DNA of 64,000 nt from Bacteroidota bacterium (GCA_947457075.1 CANGUG010000010.1:23177-87176), one strand, 5' to 3'; shown: positions 36,218-45,042, counted from the stretch's first letter. Translations and numbers: made by a program. Notes: generated by a model from the sequence alone, not told the origin.

Positions 36218-37234
36218 ATGAAAATATTTTATGCAATACAAGGTACAGGGAATGGTCATATTAGTAGGGCTATTGAATTGTATCCGTATTTAAAAAAATA
36301 TGGCCAAGTTGACTTCATGTTAAGTGGGAGTAATGCAAATTTGCCAAGTAGTTTGCCAGTGAAATATAAGAGTAAGGGGCTGAGTTTATTTTATAAACAT
36401 AGTGGGGGACTTGATTATATTAAAATTTTACGCTCATTATCGCTAAGTGTCATTAAAGATGCAAAAAAATTGCCCTTAGAGGAGTATGACTTAGTCATTA
36501 ACGATTTTGATTTTGTTACTTCTTTAGCATGTAAGTTTAAAAAAATACCAAGCATACACTTTGGGCATCAAGCAAGTTTTCAAAGTAAAAAAACACCAAG
36601 ACCCTCTAAAATAGATTTTTTAGGAAATTTGATACTTGAAAAATTTGTTGAAAGCGACAGCCATATAGGACTTCATTTTGAAAATTATGATCATCATATT
36701 TACAATCCTATTATTAAGGAAGATATTATTAAGGCAACCCCTATAAACGACGGTCATATCACCGTATATCTGCCTCAATACTCAATGCAATACTTAGAGC
36801 CACATTTTTTAAAACAAAATAAATTTCATTTTGAAGTTTTTTCAAAAGAAATTGACCGAATTACTTGCAAGAAAAATATCACCTATTTCCCCATTAATAA
36901 TGAACAGTTTACAAGTAGCTTAATTCGGTGCTATGGAATTATCACTGCCGGCGGATTCGAAACACCTGCCGAAGCCATGTATATGAATAAAAAGCTATTA
37001 AGCATTCCTATCTTAAATCATTATGAACAAGCTTGCAATGCACAGGCACTTGAAAAATTGGGGGTTATGGTATTAAAGAAGATAGATGAAAAATTTGAAC
37101 AATATTTTAAAGAGTGGATTAATGAGAAAAAACCTATTAAGTTAAATTTAGCACATAGTACGGCTGATATTGTAGAAATGCTCATGAAAACCAAACAAAC
37201 CAATAAACCCAATAAATATGTATACCATTCTTAA
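36218..37234 (+). CDS. GT-B glycosyltransferase, MJ1255/VC2487-like (GT28 C-terminal-like)
   Basis: MKIFYAIQGTGNGHISRA, INDFDF.T, TAGGFETPAEA...KKLL.IP...HYEQ.CNA.AL. Confidence 0.8.
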   Translation: MKIFYAIQGTGNGHISRAIELYPYLKKYGQVDFMLSGSNANLPSSLPVKYKSKGLSLFYKHSGGLDYIKILRSLSLSVIKDAKKLPLEEYDLVINDFDFVTSLACKFKKIPSIHFGHQASFQSKKTPRPSKIDFLGNLILEKFVESDSHIGLHFENYDHHIYNPIIKEDIIKATPINDGHITVYLPQYSMQYLEPHFLKQNKFHFEVFSKEIDRITCKKNITYFPINNEQFTSSLIRCYGIITAGGFETPAEAMYMNKKLLSIPILNHYEQACNAQALEKLGVMVLKKIDEKFEQYFKEWINEKKPIKLNLAHSTADIVEMLMKTKQTNKPNKYVYHS

Positions 37235-37562
37235 TCAAAAAGGGGAGGCAGTTGCTTATATTCAAAATAGGATGATTGTAGATCTTTCTGGGGAAACAGT
37301 GTTGGGTATTTTAATTGGCGATTGTTTCTTTGGAAGAAAAAATAAAGTTATTGGAAAAATTTTCAATAAAACCGCTTATTTGGTAAATGGAGAAATTGTA
37401 GGTAAAATCATTAATAATGAAACCTATAAAAATGTAGCATTAAAAAAATCCCAAATGCAGGCTGCATGGGACATTTTGACTAATATTAAAGAACATACAA
37501 GTACATGGATTATTGAAACGAATAAATGGGCAGAGAATCCCTTGTTGTTTCACTTACTGTAA
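37218..37562 (+). CDS. Hypothetical protein with repeated short beta/Gly units (4-fold beta-flower-like)
   Basis: Repeating G-x(2-3)-hydrophobic units (KGEAVAYI, SGETVLG, NKVIGKI, NGEIVGKI); overlaps the glycosyltransferase stop by 17 nt. Confidence 0.45.
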   Translation: MYTILNQKGEAVAYIQNRMIVDLSGETVLGILIGDCFFGRKNKVIGKIFNKTAYLVNGEIVGKIINNETYKNVALKKSQMQAAWDILTNIKEHTSTWIIETNKWAENPLLFHLL

Positions 37563-37568
37563 GTATGT

Positions 37569-38000
37569 TTATTGCAGGACTTGATTCAAATCATTTTCTT
37601 TCAAAAATGTTATACAATAACCCTTAATCATTTCTCGAACCTGCTTAAATGATTCCATAATTTCTGCTTCTGAACCAGTTGCTTTAGCAGGGTCGGGAAA
37701 ATTATAATGATATTTTACTGCCTTTGTTGGAAAATAAGGACATCGTTCCTTTGCATTGTCACAAACGGTAATCACATAATCAAAATCAATTGCAAAGTAC
37801 TCGCTAATATTATTAGAAGTGTGGTTGGAAATATCAATACCATCTTCCTTCATGATGTGAATGGCTCTTGGATTTACACCATGCGTTTCCACGCCTGCCG
37901 AATATACATTTGCTATTCCCTTTGTCATTGCTGCTAAATAACCATGTGCTATTTGACTTCGGCAACTATTGCCAGTGCACAATACTAGAATATTTTTCAT
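37569..38000 (-). CDS. arsC: Arsenate reductase, thioredoxin-coupled (LMW-PTP fold)
   Basis: LCTGNSCRSQ P-loop, VCDNAKERCP redox Cys pair, DPA; in an operon with arsR and arsM. Confidence 0.9.
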   Translation of the reverse strand: MKNILVLCTGNSCRSQIAHGYLAAMTKGIANVYSAGVETHGVNPRAIHIMKEDGIDISNHTSNNISEYFAIDFDYVITVCDNAKERCPYFPTKAVKYHYNFPDPAKATGSEAEIMESFKQVREMIKGYCITFLKENDLNQVLQ

Positions 38001-38055
38001 GCCTACAAAATATTTATATCTTTTTTATGTTACTAATTTGTCAGAATAAACATCA

Positions 38056-38895
38056 TTAACAACAACCTCCTCCAGGAGTACAAGTATTTAAAGGTTTTTC
38101 TGCATATACGGTTACTGAAAAAATACCTAAGTCTGATTGGTTAAAATTAATAATATCAGTTTCTGATAAATAGTTTTTCAAAATATCATTCGGGATAACA
38201 ATAGGCTTTTCTTTTTGTAACACCACATTCTTAAATCCACAAGCATTTATTAATTCTAAATAAACTTCTTTTTGTATCGCGCCACTTACACAACCAGCGT
38301 ACATTTCTGCAGCATTGCGTAATTCATTTGGTAAAGTGCCAACTAGTACAACATCAGAAATGCTAAAATGACCACCAGGCTTCAATACACGATAAATATC
38401 AGAGAGAACTGCATGTTTATTGGGTACTAAATTTAAAACACAGTTACTTACAACCACATCCGCTGCATTGTCTGTGATTGGCATATTTTCGATATCACCT
38501 TGTCTAAATTCTACATTATTAAAACCCATTTTTTCGGCATTCGCTCTTGCTTTATCAATCATTGCTGGTGTGAAGTCTATGCCAATTACCTTGCCGCTTG
38601 TGCCGGTGCTTCTTCTTGCCACAAAGCAATCATTGCCTGCTCCCGATCCTAAATCCACCACCACATCACCCTCTTTTATTTTGGCAAATTCAGTGGGTAA
38701 TCCACATCCCAAACCCAAGTCGGCATCTGCCATATATCCATCCATTTTTGTATAATCGTCGGACATGATATTGTAAACCTCGGTACTACATCCACCTGCA
38801 CCACAACAAGAGGACATATTGGTTTCTTTGTCTTGCAATGCAATTTCACTGTATTTTGCTTTTACAATTTCTTTTAATTCTAATTCAGTTTTCAT
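38056..38895 (-). CDS. arsM: Arsenite S-adenosylmethionine methyltransferase
   Basis: SSCCG, LGLGCGLP, VDLGSGAG.DCF, SNCVLNL and YAGCVSGA carry the conserved ArsM cysteines. Confidence 0.92.
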   Translation of the reverse strand: MKTELELKEIVKAKYSEIALQDKETNMSSCCGAGGCSTEVYNIMSDDYTKMDGYMADADLGLGCGLPTEFAKIKEGDVVVDLGSGAGNDCFVARRSTGTSGKVIGIDFTPAMIDKARANAEKMGFNNVEFRQGDIENMPITDNAADVVVSNCVLNLVPNKHAVLSDIYRVLKPGGHFSISDVVLVGTLPNELRNAAEMYAGCVSGAIQKEVYLELINACGFKNVVLQKEKPIVIPNDILKNYLSETDIINFNQSDLGIFSVTVYAEKPLNTCTPGGGCC

Positions 38896-38918
38896 AAATA
38901 TTTATTTTAGTATTTTTA

Positions 38919-39233
38919 TTAACAACATTTTTTTGCAATCATAATTGAGTCAAACATTTTATTAAATAGTACACTCATTTTTGACCAATTAGTTTCATCT
39001 ATACAATAACATGTTTTCACACCGTCAATTTCACCTTTAATTATACCGGCTTCCTTTAATTCTTTTAAATGTTGAGATACAGTACTTTGTGACAGGGGTA
39101 ATTCATCTACAATATCACCACATATGCAAGTTTGCTTCTTTAATAATAAAGAAATAATAGCTACTCTTGCTGGGTGACCTAACGCTTTTGCGAATTGCGC
39201 CAACTGCGCTTCTTTGTTTGTATAAGTAGACAT
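38919..39233 (-). CDS. arsR: ArsR/SmtB family transcriptional repressor
   Basis: [32 protein letters not shown] and C-terminal CC. Confidence 0.92.
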   Translation of the reverse strand: MSTYTNKEAQLAQFAKALGHPARVAIISLLLKKQTCICGDIVDELPLSQSTVSQHLKELKEAGIIKGEIDGVKTCYCIDETNWSKMSVLFNKMFDSIMIAKKCC

Positions 39234-39324
39234 ATTGAAAATCTTATTAATCGTAAAATTACGATTAATTTAAATAAAGCCTAAAATCTTTTTTTATTTT
39301 TCCAGAAAATGATCAGAATCATAT

Positions 39325-39355
39325 AAAAAGGCCTAGTTCAAAAGACTAGGCCTTT
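39325..39355 (-). terminator. Rho-independent terminator after ald
   Basis: AAAGGCCTAGT-tcaaaag-ACTAGGCCTTT stem with a T-run on the minus strand. Confidence 0.8.
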
Positions 39356-39378
39356 ACCATATAAAGAAAATTAATTGC

Positions 39379-40467
39379 TTATGCTGCTGTGTAAGCGTCT
39401 GCTACACCTTTATTTAAAATTTTACCTGCTCTAATATTTAATCCTTTTCCTAAAGCAGCGTTTTCCATAATGGCTTTTTCCCAACCTTTATAAGCAATTG
39501 CAATTGCATAAGGCAGGGTGGCTTGTGTCAACGCCCTTGTACTTGTTTGTGGCACTGCACCAGGCATATTTGCTACGCAATAGTGGGTAATATCATTAAT
39601 GGTGAAAACAGGGTTTTCGTGAGTCGTTGGTTTACAAGTTTCAATACAACCCCCTTGATCCACTGCTACATCCACAATGACTGAACCCGCTTCCATTAAT
39701 TTTAAATCGTCTTTCTTTACCAAATGAGGTGCTTTTGCACCATGTAATAAAACAGCACCCACTAATAAATCGGTGGTAGGTAATTTTTCTTTAATCGCTA
39801 AAATGGTGGAATACTGAGTTACCACATTGGCTGGCATCACATCGCTTAAATACCTTAAACGCGCAAGGTTGGTATCCATGATCGTTACATTGGCGCCCAA
39901 ACCTGCAGCCATTTTCGCAGCTTGTGTTCCAACAATTCCTCCACCTATAATTAATACTTCGGCTGGCTTAACCCCTGGCACACCACCTAATAATTTTCCT
40001 TTGCCGCCAAAAGGCTTTCCTAAATAATACGCGCCCACGTTAATGGCCATTCTTCCTGCCACCTCAGACATAGGAACCAATAAAGGCAATGATCCGTCTG
40101 CTAATTCAACCGTTTCATAAGCAATACAAACTGCATGAGATTTAATCATTGCTTCCGTTAATTCCTTAGAAGCAGCAAAATGGAAATAGGTAAATAATAT
40201 TTGTCCCGCTTTAATGAGTGGATATTCAGCCGCCAAAGGTTCTTTCACCTTTACAATCATCTCTGCAATTTCATACACTTCTTTTGCAGAATTTAAAATG
40301 GAAGCACCAACTGCTTTATAAGCTTCGTCTGAAAAGCCAGAACCTACCCCAGCGTTGGTTTCCATAAATACCTCATGACCTTGTCTTACTAGTGCGTCCA
40401 CCCCTTCTGGTGTCAAACCTACTCGGTATTCCTGCACTTTAATTTCTTTTGGGCATCCGATAATCAT
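39379..40467 (-). CDS. ald: Alanine dehydrogenase
   Basis: IGCPKEIK..EYRV, VKVKEP, FTYFHFAA, PMSEVAGR, GGGIVG, DVAVDQGGC, HYCVANMPGAVP. Confidence 0.96.
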   Translation of the reverse strand: MIIGCPKEIKVQEYRVGLTPEGVDALVRQGHEVFMETNAGVGSGFSDEAYKAVGASILNSAKEVYEIAEMIVKVKEPLAAEYPLIKAGQILFTYFHFAASKELTEAMIKSHAVCIAYETVELADGSLPLLVPMSEVAGRMAINVGAYYLGKPFGGKGKLLGGVPGVKPAEVLIIGGGIVGTQAAKMAAGLGANVTIMDTNLARLRYLSDVMPANVVTQYSTILAIKEKLPTTDLLVGAVLLHGAKAPHLVKKDDLKLMEAGSVIVDVAVDQGGCIETCKPTTHENPVFTINDITHYCVANMPGAVPQTSTRALTQATLPYAIAIAYKGWEKAIMENAALGKGLNIRAGKILNKGVADAYTAA

Positions 40468-40638
40468 AAATAATGTTTTTATTACTGCATAAAGTTCATA
40501 GAAAAGAAAATATTCTGAAATAATATTAAAAATTCAGTAAAATATACTGTTATAATAAAATAAATAAGGAAAAAATAGTAATTTTAGATTGAAATTAGCC
40601 CGCTGGCAGAAATAATTCCTTTCTTAAAACTTACAACC

Positions 40639-41097
40639 ATGAGTTTAGATGCTATTGATATGACCATTTTGCGCATTTTGCAACAAAATGCACTTGCCAA
40701 AATTAAAGACATTAGTGCTGCAGTGAATTTGTCCATGAGCCCCACCCATGATAGAATTAAGCGTTTAGAATCAGAAGGGTATATTCAGGCTTATGTTGGC
40801 ATTGTAGATAGAAAAAAAATGGAACTTGGTTTAATCGTACACTGTCATGTGACTTTGGATAAACAAACGAGAAATAATTTTTCTGAGTTTGAGCAAATCA
40901 TTGCCCAATACCCCGAAGTAATTTCATGTAGTTTAGTATCCGGCAACTTTGATTATTTTTTGAAATTAGTATCAAAGGACGTGGAGTCCTATAATAAATT
41001 TTATCAAGAAAAACTTGCAGTACTTCCCATGGTGGCCCATATTAATAGTTTGTTTGTAATGGATGAAATAAAAACGACCACCGCATTACCATTGTAA
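40639..41097 (+). CDS. Lrp/AsnC family regulator (AldR-like), divergent from ald
   Basis: LDAIDMTILRILQ, HTH LSMSPTHDRIKRLE..GYI, and RAM domain VSGNFDY.LK. Confidence 0.9.
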   Translation: MSLDAIDMTILRILQQNALAKIKDISAAVNLSMSPTHDRIKRLESEGYIQAYVGIVDRKKMELGLIVHCHVTLDKQTRNNFSEFEQIIAQYPEVISCSLVSGNFDYFLKLVSKDVESYNKFYQEKLAVLPMVAHINSLFVMDEIKTTTALPL

Positions 41098-41108
41098 ATT
41101 TTATAAGT

Positions 41109-41732
41109 ATGTACGATATACCTCATTTCAAAGCTAACCATCACCAGGAAGTCATTGACTTTATGCAAGCTCATCCATTTGTAACGATTTGCGGGGTTGA
41201 TGCCAATGGCTTGCCTGTTGCTACCCATATTCCAGTGCTCATTAAAATAGAAAACGAAATTATTACCATTCGTGGGCATATCATGCGTAAACAGGATCAT
41301 ACTATTGCTTTTGAAAACAATAACAATGTGTTGGTTATTTTTTCGGCACCCTCCGCTTTTGTGAGTGCAAATTGGTACACCACAAAAAATATGGGAAGCA
41401 CTTGGAATTACCAAACAGTGCATGCCCGAGGCAAAATGGAAATCAAAGATGAACAACATTTACGCAACTTACTTACCGAGCTCACATTACATTTTGAGAA
41501 AGATCCCGATGCACCTACTCAGGTAAAAAATTTATCCAACGAATACATGGAGCAAAATATGAAAGCCATTTATTCCTTTGATATTGTGGTGCAAGATTTA
41601 CAACATGTATTTAAATTAAGTCAAAATAGAGACGAGGCCTCTCATGCGAATATTCAAGCTGAATTAAACAAAGGAGATGCTGCTTGCAAGTATATGGCTG
41701 CTGCTATGAAAAATAGCAATAAAAACAGCTAA
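41109..41732 (+). CDS. paiB: PaiB family FMN-binding protein (split barrel)
   Basis: MYDIPHF, HPFVT, ATHIP, YVS-like FVSANWY, TWNYQTVHARG, FKLSQNR. Confidence 0.82.
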   Translation: MYDIPHFKANHHQEVIDFMQAHPFVTICGVDANGLPVATHIPVLIKIENEIITIRGHIMRKQDHTIAFENNNNVLVIFSAPSAFVSANWYTTKNMGSTWNYQTVHARGKMEIKDEQHLRNLLTELTLHFEKDPDAPTQVKNLSNEYMEQNMKAIYSFDIVVQDLQHVFKLSQNRDEASHANIQAELNKGDAACKYMAAAMKNSNKNS

Positions 41733-41757
41733 ACAATTACTGAAATTATAAAATTCC

Positions 41758-42156
41758 TTATTTTTTTGATGGTTCAATTAAGTCCCATAGGTTTCCATAA
41801 ATATCTTTGAATACTGCAACCGTACCATACGCTTCCACATGAGGAGCAATAGTAAATTCAACGCCTTTAGCGGTGTAGTTTTCATAATCTCTTTGAAAAT
41901 CATCGGTGTATAAAAATAAAAAAACGCGACCTCCTGTTTGATAGCCGATGCATTTTTCTTGCTCAGGGGTTGCAGCTTTCGCTAATAATAAAGTACATCC
42001 ATTTTCAGCACCTGTTGGTTGTACCATTACCCATCGCTTTGTATCAGACAATACAGTGTCTTCAATTAATTTGAAACCTAAAATGTGGGTATAGTATTGT
42101 ATGGCTTCATCGTAATCTCTTACTACTACCGCTATATGTGCTAAATGCTGTTTCAT
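41758..42156 (-). CDS. VOC/glyoxalase family protein
   Basis: HIAVVVRDYDEAI.YY...LGF.LIED, RWV.V, QTGGRVFLFL.TDDF, YGTVAVFKD.YGNLWDLIE. Confidence 0.9.
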   Translation of the reverse strand: MKQHLAHIAVVVRDYDEAIQYYTHILGFKLIEDTVLSDTKRWVMVQPTGAENGCTLLLAKAATPEQEKCIGYQTGGRVFLFLYTDDFQRDYENYTAKGVEFTIAPHVEAYGTVAVFKDIYGNLWDLIEPSKK

Positions 42157-42216
42157 AGTTCAAATGTACAAATATTTAAAAGCTTTGTTTACCTTCACGC
42201 AACTTAAAAAAAAGGT

Positions 42217-42834
42217 ATGCCGGTTGTTAAGAATTTAATTTTTGATTTAGGCAATGTTTTATATGACATTGACTTTGCTAAAATGTATGGGGCTTTTGAA
42301 AAATTGGGAATCCCTCATTTTGAAAATCATTTTACACTTAACAAATCCAATCAACTATTTTTTGATTTAGAAAAAGGCCTAGTGAATGAAACTGAATTTA
42401 TTGAAAGGTTCAATCAATTATACAATTTGAACCTATCTAAGCAACAAATTATTGATGCATGGAATGCATTATTGGTGGGCTATCGAAAAGAAAGTATCGA
42501 ATGGGTAAAAGCACACAATGAAGCCTATCCAACTTTTTTGTTCTCCAATACCAATCAAATTCACTACGACCACTTCATTCCTGAATTTACCAGAACAATC
42601 GGAGGTGATTTTGAAAATTTATTTAAAACACCCTATTATTCCCATAAAATGGGTCAAAGAAAGCCAGATCCGGCAGCATTTATGCATATTTTGGATAAAG
42701 AAGGGCTCCTTGCAGCGGAAACGGTGTTTATAGACGATAATGAACCCAATATTATTGCGGCTGCTTCGGTGGGACTGCGGGTTTTGTATTTACAACCAGG
42801 AATGCGGGTGGAAAAGGACCTTATTATTGGTTAA
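42217..42834 (+). CDS. HAD-superfamily phosphatase (YihX-like)
   Basis: LIFDLGNVL, FSNTN, RKPDP, FIDDN. Confidence 0.88.
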   Translation: MPVVKNLIFDLGNVLYDIDFAKMYGAFEKLGIPHFENHFTLNKSNQLFFDLEKGLVNETEFIERFNQLYNLNLSKQQIIDAWNALLVGYRKESIEWVKAHNEAYPTFLFSNTNQIHYDHFIPEFTRTIGGDFENLFKTPYYSHKMGQRKPDPAAFMHILDKEGLLAAETVFIDDNEPNIIAAASVGLRVLYLQPGMRVEKDLIIG

Positions 42835-42841
42835 TGGGGAC

Positions 42842-43081
42842 TTATTTTTTCTTAATCTCTTCAAAATCAATGTATTCTGCCTCAATTGGTGCTTCTTTTT
42901 TGGGAGGGGTAGCATTTTGAGTAGTGTTTTGCGCCCTTTTAAAGGCCTCCGCCTGCTGCTTTTGCGCCTGTTCCATATTTTGTCTTACTGTTCTCACCCC
43001 TCTACTTACCGGGATAACGATATCAAATATGATTTTGTAAAGCAGGTAAATCAATAGACCATATAAAACTAGCTTCATCAT
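42842..43081 (-). CDS. Small membrane-anchored protein (DUF4834-like)
   Basis: N-terminal TM segment, Gln-rich middle, C-terminal EYIDFEEIK. Confidence 0.6.
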   Translation of the reverse strand: MMKLVLYGLLIYLLYKIIFDIVIPVSRGVRTVRQNMEQAQKQQAEAFKRAQNTTQNATPPKKEAPIEAEYIDFEEIKKK

Positions 43082-43135
43082 GGCACAAAAATAAGCTTAT
43101 AGGCAATATTATTGGGTGATTTCATCCCGTTTTAT

Positions 43136-43143
43136 TACCTTTG
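43136..43143 (+). promoter_or_regulatory. sigma-A -7 element (TACCTTTG) of the rimP-nusA-infB operon
   Basis: Exact TANNTTTG about 60 nt upstream of the rimP ATG. Confidence 0.6.
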
Positions 43144-43164
43144 TTCCAGAATAAGCAGAGAAAT

Positions 43165-43197
43165 GAAGGGAACGAAATCGTTCCCTTCTTCTTTTTT
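43165..43197 (+). promoter_or_regulatory. rimP leader attenuator (terminator-like hairpin in the 5' UTR)
   Basis: GAAGGGAACG-aaat-CGTTCCCTTC followed by TTCTTTTTT, between the promoter element and the rimP ATG. Confidence 0.65.
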
Positions 43198-43201
43198 AAC
43201 T

Positions 43202-43672
43202 ATGGAAGTAAACGATTTAAAGGAAAGGGTACACGGTATTATTGAGCCTCTATTAGTAGAGGATCCAGCCTATTTTTTGGTATGGATTAAGGTGAAACCT
43301 GGCCATATTATAAGAGTCTATTTGGACGGAGACAATGGATTGCCCATACAAAAGTGTATTTACTTTAATCGAAAATTATATAAGGCCATTGAAGAAACAG
43401 GCTGGTTCCCAGAGGGTGATTTTGCTTTAGAAGTTTCTTCGCCTGGTGTGGATGAACCCTTGGTATTAAAAAGACAATACAATAAAAATATTGGTCGTAA
43501 AGTAGAAGTGGAGTTGTTAGATGGCACTAAAAAAGAAGGCATATTAACAACAGTAGCAGAAGACGATATTATGATTGAGTGGACAGAGGGAAAGGGTAAA
43601 AAAGCAACCCAGCAACAATTGCTTATTCCATTTGAGAATATTAAATCAACTATAGTTCAAATTCAATTTTAA
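43202..43672 (+). CDS. rimP: Ribosome maturation factor RimP
   Basis: IRVYLDGDNG, LEVSSPGVDEPL, upstream of nusA. The ATG at 43202 is preferred. Confidence 0.93.
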   Translation: MEVNDLKERVHGIIEPLLVEDPAYFLVWIKVKPGHIIRVYLDGDNGLPIQKCIYFNRKLYKAIEETGWFPEGDFALEVSSPGVDEPLVLKRQYNKNIGRKVEVELLDGTKKEGILTTVAEDDIMIEWTEGKGKKATQQQLLIPFENIKSTIVQIQF

Positions 43673-43710
43673 CAAATCATCAAGCGGATTGCTTGAAAAA
43701 AAATTATGTT

Positions 43711-44961
43711 ATGGCAAGTATAAATTTGATTGAAGCCTTTCAGGAGTTTAAAGACGCAGAAAGCATTGATCGTCCAACCATGATGAAAGTGGTAGAGGAT
43801 GTATTTAAAACTTTATTAAGAAAAAAATACGGTAGCGACGAAAATTTCGACGTAATCGTTAACGCTGAAAAAGGCGATTTGGAAATTATCCGTCGTCGTG
43901 AAATTCGTCCCGACGATGATGTGGACAATCCTTTAGCAGAAGTTTCGTATTCTGATGCAATCAAGATAGAGCCTGACTTTGAGATAGGCGAGGAATTATT
44001 AGAAGAAGTAAATATTTATGATTTTGGACGTCGTGCTATTTTAGCTGCAAAGCAAACTTTAGCTTCACGTATCAATGACTTAAAGAAAAATGCTTTAGTT
44101 AAAAAATATTCAGATCGTATTGGTGAAATCATCAATGCTGAAATTTATCAGGTTTGGAAAAAAGAAGTGTTATTGTTAGATGAAGAAGGTAATGAATTGA
44201 TTCTTCCTAAAACAGAACAAATTCCTCAAGACTTTTTTAAGAAAGGAGAAAACATCAGAGCCGTTATTGCACGTGTAGATATGAAAAATAATACACCTGT
44301 TATCATCTTATCAAGAACCAACCCATTGTTCTTGGCGAAGTTGTTAGAAATTGAAGTACCAGAAATTTTTGACGGATTAATTACCATCAAAAAAATTGTA
44401 CGTGAGCCAGGTGAGCGTGCTAAAGTAGCAGTAGAATCTTTTGATGACCGTATCGATCCAGTGGGTGCATGTGTGGGAATGAAAGGTTCTCGTATCCATG
44501 GAATTGTGCGTGAATTAAAAAATGAAAATATCGACGTAATTAACTTTACGACTAATATACAATTATTAATTCAACGTTCATTGACGCCAGCTAAAATTAG
44601 CTTCATGAATTTGGACAATGACCGCAAACGTGCGGAAGTGTATTTGCAAGCCGATCAGGTTTCTTTAGCCATTGGTCGTCGCGGAGTGAACATTAAGTTG
44701 GCTTCTGAATTAACTGGATATGAATTAGATGTTTACCGTGAGGATGAAGAAATGGTGGACGAATTTGATATTGATATGGATGAATTCACAGACGAAATTG
44801 AACCATGGATTATCGATGAATTTAAGCGTGTAGGTTGTGATACAGGTCGTTCTGTATTGAAATTAAGCGCAGATGAATTAGAAAGAAGAACAGACTTAGA
44901 AAAAGAAACGATTGCTGAAGTGCGTCGTATCTTACAAGAAGAGTTTGACAAAGGTGAATAG
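43711..44961 (+). CDS. nusA: Transcription termination/antitermination factor NusA
   Basis: FGRRAILAAKQ, S1 domain, LSRT, REPGERAKVAV, IDPVGACVGMKGSRI, LAIGRRGVNIKLA. Confidence 0.97.
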   Translation: MASINLIEAFQEFKDAESIDRPTMMKVVEDVFKTLLRKKYGSDENFDVIVNAEKGDLEIIRRREIRPDDDVDNPLAEVSYSDAIKIEPDFEIGEELLEEVNIYDFGRRAILAAKQTLASRINDLKKNALVKKYSDRIGEIINAEIYQVWKKEVLLLDEEGNELILPKTEQIPQDFFKKGENIRAVIARVDMKNNTPVIILSRTNPLFLAKLLEIEVPEIFDGLITIKKIVREPGERAKVAVESFDDRIDPVGACVGMKGSRIHGIVRELKNENIDVINFTTNIQLLIQRSLTPAKISFMNLDNDRKRAEVYLQADQVSLAIGRRGVNIKLASELTGYELDVYREDEEMVDEFDIDMDEFTDEIEPWIIDEFKRVGCDTGRSVLKLSADELERRTDLEKETIAEVRRILQEEFDKGE

Positions 44962-44976
44962 CCTTTGAATTAGAAG

Positions 44977-44984
44977 TATATTTG
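44977..44984 (+). promoter_or_regulatory. Possible internal sigma-A -7 element (TATATTTG) upstream of infB
   Basis: Exact TANNTTTG in the nusA-infB gap. Confidence 0.45.
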
Positions 44985-45042
44985 TATTAGGTGACTCGTT
45001 TCGTGATTTATTAAAAAATGTATCGGAACAAAAAATAATAGA

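Noticed and set aside
41004-41459. 151-aa minus-strand ORF overlapping the Lrp and paiB genes
   Set aside because: It is antisense to two well-supported genes and has no motif support.
1790-41732. Functional paiA-paiB pairing as in Bacillus
   Set aside because: The two genes are about 39 kb apart in different operons, with no evidence of linkage.
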